The notes under the pieces: generated by a model
The model's database searches: none
The model's input: only the letters and a program-made list of their open reading frames with translations
Told to the model about the DNA's origin: nothing
Made by a program: the position numbers and the translations under genes
Shown: piece by piece, positions 6,806 to 12,574 of the stretch
Numbering within the stretch: position 1 is the stretch's first letter
How the letters are laid out: the number at the start of each line of letters is the position of its first letter
From: a virus
Lineage: Duplodnaviria > Heunggongvirae > Uroviricota > Caudoviricetes
Direction: 5' to 3' (one strand)
Virus record (IMG/VR): IMGVR_UViG_3300032144_000002
Coordinates: 1 to 12,574 of that record
Length of the DNA stretch: 12,574 nt

Positions 6806-8215
6806 ATGAAGCTGAGTGAACAGATCAAGGCTCTGCAGGCTGCTCGCGCTGCGAAGGCCGCCCGTCTGCAGGCGATCCTGGCGAAGGCTGCCGAGGAGAC
6901 CCGCTCCCTGGAAGCCGACGAGGCCGAAGAGTTCGATGCCACCGACACCGAGATCAAGACGATCGACGCCGATCTCGTGCGCCTGAAGCGTGCCGAATCC
7001 ATCCTGGTGGAAGAGGCCGAGGAAGTCGACGAGGACGAGGTGGTCACTCGTCGCGTGACGAGCCAGAAGAAGAGCAAGGAGACGAACCGCGGACCGACGA
7101 TCATCATCGCCGATCCGAAGAACAAGGACGAGAAGTTCAAGGGCCAGAACTTCACGCGGCTCTGCATCGCACAGGCTGCGGCGCACATCAAGAACCACGC
7201 GTTCACGCCGGCACAGTACGCCGAGCATCGCTGGGGCGCGAAGGAAGCCGCCGGCGTCATCATGATCCTGCGCGCCGGCGTGCCGTCGGGCGGGTCGGAG
7301 AGCGGCCAGTGGGGCGCGGAGCTCGCGGCTGTGGACTCGCGCTACCGCGGTGACTTCATCGAGTTCCTGTACTCGCGGACGGTGTACGACCGTCTGGCGC
7401 TGCGCGAAGTCCCGGACAACGTGCTGATCAAGGGCCAGGATGGCGCGGCGACGGGATACTGGGTCGGTGAGAAGAAGGCCATCCCGGTGTCGTCGATGGA
7501 CTTCCTGGATGTCGAGCTCCGCGCGCTGAAGGTCGGCGCGATCGCGGCCATCTCGAACGAGCTGATCCTGCGTTCTGATCCCTCAGCGGAGGCGCTGGTG
7601 CGTGACGGTCTCGTGAACGCGAGCGCGCAGCGTGTCGATACCACGTTCATCTCGGCCAACGCGGCAGTGTCCAATGTGTCCCCGGCCGGTATCCTGAATG
7701 GCGTCAGCGCCATCGCAGCGACCGGCGAGGACGCTCAGTCCCTGTTCAACGACATCGGCCTGCTGTACGCGCCGTTCATCACGGCCAAGAACGCCACGGG
7801 GCTGACTTACGTGATGCACCCGGGTCTGGCCAAGAGCATCTCGCTGATGCGCAATGCCCTGAGCCAGAAGGAGTTCCCGGAGCTGACCGCGAACGGCGGC
7901 ATGCTGGAAGGCGACCCGGTCGTGACCGGCGAGAACGTGGCCACCGACGACCTGATCCTGCTGAAGCCGAGCGACATCTATCGCATCGGCGACCGCGGGT
8001 TCGAGGTGTCGGTCTCGAAGGAGGCCACCATCGAGATGGACTCGGCGCCGACCGGTGACGGCCACACGCCGACGGCTGCGTCCGCGAACCTGCTCTCGAT
8101 GTTCCAGAACGAGATGACCGCCTTCAAGGTGGTGCGTCCGATCTCGTTCGCGAAGCGTCGGTCAAGCGCGGTGCAGTTCATCGGCAACGCGACCTACGGC
8201 GGTTCGGCGACCTGA
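6806..8215 (+). CDS. HK97-fold major capsid protein (469 aa) with N-terminal delta (scaffold) domain
   Basis: ATG 6806 with GGAG SD (6795-6798); coiled-coil N-terminus MKLSEQIKALQ...; GAATGYWVGEKKAIP, ISNELILRS, SMFQNEMTAFKV..PISFAKRR motifs; very strong codon bias (20/20 G/C-ending codons at 7742-7801). Confidence 0.97.
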   Translation: MKLSEQIKALQAARAAKAARLQAILAKAAEETRSLEADEAEEFDATDTEIKTIDADLVRLKRAESILVEEAEEVDEDEVVTRRVTSQKKSKETNRGPTIIIADPKNKDEKFKGQNFTRLCIAQAAAHIKNHAFTPAQYAEHRWGAKEAAGVIMILRAGVPSGGSESGQWGAELAAVDSRYRGDFIEFLYSRTVYDRLALREVPDNVLIKGQDGAATGYWVGEKKAIPVSSMDFLDVELRALKVGAIAAISNELILRSDPSAEALVRDGLVNASAQRVDTTFISANAAVSNVSPAGILNGVSAIAATGEDAQSLFNDIGLLYAPFITAKNATGLTYVMHPGLAKSISLMRNALSQKEFPELTANGGMLEGDPVVTGENVATDDLILLKPSDIYRIGDRGFEVSVSKEATIEMDSAPTGDGHTPTAASANLLSMFQNEMTAFKVVRPISFAKRRSSAVQFIGNATYGGSAT

Positions 8216-8231
8216 TAAGTCGCAGATGGAA

Positions 8232-8264
8232 AGCCGGGCACTGTAATGGTGCCCGGCTACTTTC
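8232..8264 (+). terminator. Hairpin after the capsid gene; probable weak/leaky intrinsic terminator or RNA-stabilising stem
   Basis: Perfect 10-bp stem AGCCGGGCAC (8232-8241) / GTGCCCGGCT (8249-8258), 7-nt loop TGTAATG, followed only by ACTTTC (short, interrupted U tract). Confidence 0.6.
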
Positions 8265-8285
8265 GCAGCAAAGAGCAGGTGCGCT

Positions 8286-8576
8286 ATGAAAGAACTCAAA
8301 GTGCTGAAGCCGTTTCCATATGGCGGCAAGATGCGAAACAAGAACGAGCGAATCATGGCGTCTAACAAGCACGCTGCGGTTCTCTCGTTGACTGGCAAGG
8401 CCAAAGAGCTTCCCAAGGAACGGAAGGCCAAAGAGTACAAGACCGCAGTGATGACACCGGAACCAGAAGGCTCTGGGCGGGCAGCGCCACGATCGAACAG
8501 ACAGCAGCGCCGTGCTGAGAGAAGGGCGCAGCAGAAGCCGGGCTACCAGCGCTCGGATATGGCAGCTGAATCGTGA
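8286..8576 (+). CDS. Small basic hypothetical protein (96 aa) between capsid and portal genes
   Basis: ATG 8286; stop overlaps the portal start (GTGA). N-terminal KELKVLKPFPY...AAVLSLTGKA pattern like small head-module proteins; Lys/Arg-rich C-terminus. Confidence 0.8.
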   Translation: MKELKVLKPFPYGGKMRNKNERIMASNKHAAVLSLTGKAKELPKERKAKEYKTAVMTPEPEGSGRAAPRSNRQQRRAERRAQQKPGYQRSDMAAES

Positions 8577-10201
8577 AACGCAAGAACTTCATCAGCCGAG
8601 CGTTCCAGCGGCGCGTGGTGCTGCCGCTCGCCAAGAAGTTGCTTGAAGCATATCCAGTCGACGGTAGGGGGAGCGGCTGGCGCAGAATTCTCGAGACCTA
8701 CACCGGGGCGTGGCAGCAGGATGTTGAAGTCAACTACGCGGTAGTCGACGCCTATTGGGCGGACTTCTCTTGCAAGACTCTGATCGCAGGCGACATCTCA
8801 AAAATGCCGCCGTATGTGATGGAGTATGACGAGGCCCAGCAGATCTGGAAGCGGACAAAGAAGCGACCGGTACTGCGTAAGCCGAACCACTACCAGACCA
8901 CCATCGAGTTCATTTTCGCGTGGATCATCAGTCAGCTTCGCCACGGCAATACCTACGTGCTGAAGGTTCGCGACGACAAGAGGTTCATCGTCGCGCTTCA
9001 CGTTCTCGATCCGTGCCGCGTGATGCCACTGATTACCAAGGACGGCGACGTCTACTATCGTCTCGACAGCGAAAAGCTGGCCGGGCTCGGCGATGGGCGC
9101 CAGATAGTGGTGCCAGCTAGCGAGATCATTCACGATCGGATGTACTGCTTGTTCCATCATCTCGTCGGTGTGTCGCCAGTATTCGCGTGCGGCATACAGG
9201 CGATGCAAGGCTCGGCGATCATCAATACGTCGTCAGCGTTCTTCACCAATCGCGGAATGCCCGCCGGTATCCTCACTGCACCGGGACACATTAGCGATGA
9301 CACTGCCAATCGTCTGAAGACTTATTTCGACGACAACTTCACCGGGCAGAACGCCGGCAAGGTCGCAGTGCTTGGTGATGATCTGAAATTCGAATCGCTG
9401 GGAACAAGCGCCACGGACTCGCAGTTGATCGAACAGCTGAAAATGACCGGCGAAATGATCGCTGCATGCTACCATGTGCCGGGCTACAAGATCGGCGTAG
9501 GACAGATGCCGACGGTCAACAATCTCGCTGCGCTCAACCAGCAGTATTACGAGCAGTGCTTGCAGTATCTGGTGGAGAAGATGGAGCAGAGGCTCGACGA
9601 AGGACTTGAGCTCAATACCGATATCGAGCAGTGCTGGTTTGACACGTCGGTGCTTATGCGCATGGATCCACAGACTCGTTCGACGGTACAGGGCCAGAAA
9701 GTCAAGGATGGTATTCTTGCGCCGGATGAAGCGCGGCGTGAGGATGATCTACCGCCTGTTCCTGGCGGGGGAATCCCGTACATGCAGCAGCAGAACTACT
9801 CGCTGCAGGATCTGGCGCTGCGTTCGCAGCGTGACGCGGCCAAGGGCGACGACACGAATGTCCAGTCGCAGGCTATGAACGGCGCGCAAGTGAAGGCGAT
9901 GCAGGAGATCATCGCGGCAGTCGCGAGCAAACAGCTACCGCCAGACGCTGCGAAGGCCGCGCTACTGGCTGCGTTCCCTCTGCTTGACAAGGAAGAAGTT
10001 GACGCGATGATTGATCCTCTCGCGAACTTCACTCCGGCTCCGGTCGAGGCACCAGAGTCAGCTGAAGAGCCCGCTAATGAGGCCGAGGATGAGGATGCGG
10101 ATGAGGATGAGGCTGAGGATGAGGATGAAGAGCCTGATGAAGAATCTGAAGAAAGCCTCAAGGCAATGGTTAGCAGCAGAATGATGGAGGTGGTCCCGTG
10201 A
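8573..10201 (+). CDS. HK97-family portal protein (542 aa) with C-terminal helical and acidic extension
   Basis: GAWQQ, LIAGDISKMP, RKPNHYQT..EF..AW...LRHGNTY, IIHDR, PAGILTAPG, EQLKMT...YHVPGYKIG, LAPDEARR..DLPP..GG..YMQQQNYSL motifs. Confidence 0.95.
   Translation: MKRKNFISRAFQRRVVLPLAKKLLEAYPVDGRGSGWRRILETYTGAWQQDVEVNYAVVDAYWADFSCKTLIAGDISKMPPYVMEYDEAQQIWKRTKKRPVLRKPNHYQTTIEFIFAWIISQLRHGNTYVLKVRDDKRFIVALHVLDPCRVMPLITKDGDVYYRLDSEKLAGLGDGRQIVVPASEIIHDRMYCLFHHLVGVSPVFACGIQAMQGSAIINTSSAFFTNRGMPAGILTAPGHISDDTANRLKTYFDDNFTGQNAGKVAVLGDDLKFESLGTSATDSQLIEQLKMTGEMIAACYHVPGYKIGVGQMPTVNNLAALNQQYYEQCLQYLVEKMEQRLDEGLELNTDIEQCWFDTSVLMRMDPQTRSTVQGQKVKDGILAPDEARREDDLPPVPGGGIPYMQQQNYSLQDLALRSQRDAAKGDDTNVQSQAMNGAQVKAMQEIIAAVASKQLPPDAAKAALLAAFPLLDKEEVDAMIDPLANFTPAPVEAPESAEEPANEAEDEDADEDEAEDEDEEPDEESEESLKAMVSSRMMEVVP
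10079..10153 (+). repeat. Acidic low-complexity tract in the portal tail
   Basis: 20 of 25 residues are D/E; near-perfect 18-nt duplication GAGGC(C/T)GAGGATGAGGAT at 10079-10096 and 10109-10126. Confidence 0.85.
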
Positions 10202-11763
10202 GCGTTAACATGCGCCAAGCAATCGACATCATTTCTGGCGAGCTCGCCAAAGCGGTGCTGCGGCTCAAAGCATTGTTCGATGAGCGACTGTCCAGCGTTG
10301 AGAAGCGTGTTCAGACGCTTGCTGAGATCGAGGACAGACGTGCCGCCAATGCCGGCACTGCAGCTCTCAAGATAGAAGTCGACTCTGAAGAGATGCAGAG
10401 ACTTCTAAGAGAGTGTACCCAGATTGTCGAGCAGAAGAACGCTGAATTCATGCGCGAACTTTCTGAGAAGTTGCGCGAGGTGGAAAATGAGGCCGCTGCG
10501 CGGGCCGCTGCGCAGAGCGAGCTGATCGCTGAGCTGCGAGCGCTTACTGCTGAGAGGACCGCCGCTCCTACCATGGATGCTATCGTACGACAGATTGTCG
10601 TAGGTATGGCTTCCGACGAAGGACGTCGTCTTGCTGAAGTTCGAGCCATGTGCGATCAGATCATGGCGCCGCACTTGCGGCAGCAATCTGAGCATCTTAC
10701 AACGGTAGCGCGTAGAGTCGACGAGCTCGCCGCCGCCATACCAACCGTGCCAAGTATGGCTGAGATCGCCGCCAGTGCTGCCGCACTTGTGCCAGTACCG
10801 ACCAATGGAAAAGACGGCGTTGACGGGCGAGACGGGCGAGACGGTAAGGACGGTAAGGACGGTGTTGATGGCGTCAACGGCAAGGACGGCGCTGATGGGC
10901 TCAATGGTAAGGACGGAGCCGCCGGGTTGAACGGCCGAGACGGCGTCGATGGCGCGGCTGGTAAGGATGGTGTTGATGGCCAGAGCGTTGACATCAAGAC
11001 AGTGCGTGCTATGATCGATGAATCCGTTGCCGAAGCTGTGTCTAAGTTGCCGGCACCGGCAGATGGCAAGGATGGCGCTGATGGTAAAGACGGAGCTGCT
11101 GGGCTCAACGGTAAGGACGGCGTCGATGGGCGCGATGGAAAGGACGGTGTCAATGGTGCCGATGGCAAGGACGGAACGTCGTTCACGCTGCGTGACGCAG
11201 AAGAAGTAATAGCCAAGGCGGTAGCCGCGCTGCCGATTCCCAGCGCGGCCGATGTCGCTGCGCTGATGAAGCCTGCGATCGCAGAGTGGGCGCTTGACTT
11301 CGAGCGTCGGGCACAGGGTCTGTTGCACGACGTCATGTCCAGGATACCGAAGGACGGCAAGGACGGCAAGGACGGCAAGGACGGTAGGGACGGTAAGGAC
11401 GGTATTGAAGTCAAGATGCTGCGCCCGGTCCTGCTCGAAGACGGAGTAACTCTGCGGTACGAATTCAAAGCTGGCGACGAAACCATTACGCATGATATCG
11501 CGTTGCCGATACCGGAATGGGTCGGCCACTACAAAGCTGGTGACACCTATCCGCGCGCTAAGATGGTCACGTACGGCGGATCCGTGTTCATGGCGATGCG
11601 AGAGACTTCGTCTAAACCGGAGACCGACGATTCGTGGAAGTTGGTCGTCAAGCGCGGTCGTGAGGGTAAACAGGGTATGAAAGGCGACAAGGGCGACAAG
11701 GGTGAGAAGGGCGAGCGCGGCGACAAGGGCGCACCTCCGTTCTCGCCGATCGCTGGGAGGTAG
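10198..11763 (+). CDS. Coiled-coil + collagen-like + CBM5/12-like portal-adjacent protein (521 aa)
   Basis: GGAGGT SD (10186-10191), GTGA overlap with the portal stop; ~180-aa helical N-terminus; four G-X-Y blocks; C-terminal W.G.Y..G..Y....VTYGGS.F.A...T...P....W.LVVKRG module. Confidence 0.88.
   Translation: MSVNMRQAIDIISGELAKAVLRLKALFDERLSSVEKRVQTLAEIEDRRAANAGTAALKIEVDSEEMQRLLRECTQIVEQKNAEFMRELSEKLREVENEAAARAAAQSELIAELRALTAERTAAPTMDAIVRQIVVGMASDEGRRLAEVRAMCDQIMAPHLRQQSEHLTTVARRVDELAAAIPTVPSMAEIAASAAALVPVPTNGKDGVDGRDGRDGKDGKDGVDGVNGKDGADGLNGKDGAAGLNGRDGVDGAAGKDGVDGQSVDIKTVRAMIDESVAEAVSKLPAPADGKDGADGKDGAAGLNGKDGVDGRDGKDGVNGADGKDGTSFTLRDAEEVIAKAVAALPIPSAADVAALMKPAIAEWALDFERRAQGLLHDVMSRIPKDGKDGKDGKDGRDGKDGIEVKMLRPVLLEDGVTLRYEFKAGDETITHDIALPIPEWVGHYKAGDTYPRAKMVTYGGSVFMAMRETSSKPETDDSWKLVVKRGREGKQGMKGDKGDKGEKGERGDKGAPPFSPIAGR
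10807..10986 (+). repeat. Collagen-like block 1, 20 G-X-Y triplets
   Basis: GKD GVD GRD GRD GKD ... GVD GQS read from the translation. Confidence 0.95.
11065..11181 (+). repeat. Collagen-like block 2, 13 G-X-Y triplets
   Basis: GKD GAD GKD GAA GLN ... GKD GTS. Confidence 0.95.
11356..11409 (+). repeat. Collagen-like block 3, 6 triplets, overlapping a perfect 9-bp tandem repeat
   Basis: GKD GKD GKD GRD GKD GIE; AAGGACGGC three times at 11350-11376. Confidence 0.9.
11656..11736 (+). repeat. Collagen-like block 4, 9 triplets of G-D/E-K type
   Basis: GRE GKQ GMK GDK GDK GEK GER GDK GAP. Confidence 0.9.
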
Positions 11764-11768
11764 ATAAC

Positions 11769-12083
11769 ATGGGACTCGTAACGCTTGAAGCCGCAAAGCG
11801 CCACCTGAAGCCGCCTGGAACGGTTGATGACACGCGCATTACTGACATCATTGCGCAAGCCACGAGCATCGTTCTGGAATACATCAAGAAGCCGGAAGGT
11901 GAATACCAGAACGCGGAAGGCGCGCCGATCGCTCAGCTCGTGCCGCCTAACGTACAGGCTGCATGCCTGCTCGTAATTGGCTCGCTGTATGACAACGCTG
12001 ACGGTCAGAACAAAGACAAGGATCCATTGTCACCGGCTGTCAAGAGCCTGCTGCACGCGAGAAGGATGCCGTCAATTGCCTAA
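11769..12083 (+). CDS. HK97 gp6-like head-tail connector (adaptor) protein (104 aa)
   Basis: LVTLEAAKRHLK...DD..I...I..A...V..YI, VPPNVQAACLLVIGSLYDN, PAVKSLL motifs; GGGAGG SD 8 nt upstream. Confidence 0.9.
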   Translation: MGLVTLEAAKRHLKPPGTVDDTRITDIIAQATSIVLEYIKKPEGEYQNAEGAPIAQLVPPNVQAACLLVIGSLYDNADGQNKDKDPLSPAVKSLLHARRMPSIA

Positions 12084-12574
12084 GATCGGCGATAACACGA
12101 ATCCTGTATGGGCCGGTGCCACAGTGACGTGCATCGCATCAGGTCCGTCATTGACGCAGGCGGATGTCGATTTCGTGCGCGGCAAGTCTAGGGTCATCGC
12201 CGTCAATAGGGAGTACGAGACTGCTCCTTGGGCGGATGTCTGCTACGCCGCTGACTATGATTTCTGGCGCGTGTATCTTGCTGAAGGTCTTCGTGACGTA
12301 TTCAAAGGGCAGCTGTGGACAATGAGCGAGCAGGCGAGAAAGGAGTTTGGCATCAGCTGCATCGGTCGCTGTAACGGCGACGGATATTCAATCATACCGA
12401 ACACCATCACCACTGGTGGAAACAGCGGCTATCAAGCGGTGCATCTGGCGGCCTATTGGGGCGCATCGCGAATAGTCATGTTGGGGTATGACATGCAGAA
12501 AACCGGCGGCAAGGAACACCACTATGGAAAGCACAAGGGACAACTTCGCAATGGCCGCAGCTACCCGTTCTGGA
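12076..12574 (+). CDS. Maf/DUF115 (MptE-like) or sialyltransferase-fold glycosyltransferase-like protein, 3'-truncated by the window
   Basis: Not in the ORF track. Frame +1 translated by hand: (M)PKIGDNTNPVWAGATVTCIASGPSLTQADVDFVRGKSRVIAVNREYETAPWADVCYAADYDFW...TGGNSGYQAVHLAAYWGASRIVMLGYDMQKTGGKEHHYGKH...; probable TTG start at 12076 with AAGGA (12062-12066), overlapping the connector stop by 8 nt. Start position uncertain. Confidence 0.8.
   Translation, partial: MPKIGDNTNPVWAGATVTCIASGPSLTQADVDFVRGKSRVIAVNREYETAPWADVCYAADYDFWRVYLAEGLRDVFKGQLWTMSEQARKEFGISCIGRCNGDGYSIIPNTITTGGNSGYQAVHLAAYWGASRIVMLGYDMQKTGGKEHHYGKHKGQLRNGRSYPFW

Larger units (their letters stand above)
1..12574 (+). mobile_element. 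Tailed phage/prophage head-neck morphogenesis operon (HK97-like), extending beyond both window edges
   Basis: Co-oriented terminase, prohead protease, major capsid, portal and head-tail connector genes with short intergenic gaps or GTGA/TAATG overlaps. No integrase or att site in the window, so phage versus prophage cannot be decided. Confidence 0.96.

Noticed and set aside
200-9878. Remaining alternative-frame and antisense ORFs in the track (e.g. 704-1099, 1404-2279, 2352-3059, 6664-7263)
   Set aside because: All overlap well-supported + strand genes, lack SDs or motifs, and are expected by chance in GC-rich coding DNA.
10405-11796. Long minus-strand ORFs (463 aa, and 276 aa with PSL/PSR repeats)
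   Set aside because: Mirror of the collagen codons and GC-biased codon usage on the + strand.
12108-12191. ATG 12108 as start of the last gene
   Set aside because: That frame stops after 27 codons; the conserved motifs are in frame +1.
1-12574. CRISPR array, tRNA/rRNA, intron/intein, IS element or diversity-generating retroelement
   Set aside because: No repeat-spacer array, RNA-gene signature, transposase, reverse transcriptase or TR/VR pair seen; all repeats are protein-coding.

Overview
The whole window is a + strand, tightly packed virion-morphogenesis (head/neck) operon of an HK97-fold tailed phage or prophage; the GC-rich codon usage is compatible with a proteobacterial host, but the host cannot be determined. 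Gene order: large terminase (63-1940); a six-gene accessory cassette (62-aa protein, Gp80-like protein, internally duplicated 152-aa protein, 134-aa protein, 736-aa beta-helix + 20-aa-repeat fibre, Ig/BppU-N-like adaptor); HK97 prohead protease; major capsid protein; hairpin/terminator; small basic protein; portal with C-terminal extension; coiled-coil/collagen/CBM-like protein; gp6-like head-tail connector; and a 3'-truncated Maf/DUF115/sialyltransferase-fold ORF that is missing from the supplied ORF track. The most interesting signals are (i) a fibre/decoration cassette sitting inside the head genes, (ii) a glycosyltransferase-like gene overlapping the neck gene, suggesting a virion decoration/glycosylation system, and (iii) a TerL with an N-terminal extension resembling a TerS C-terminal tail. 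All family assignments come from motif recognition and memory, not from database searches.
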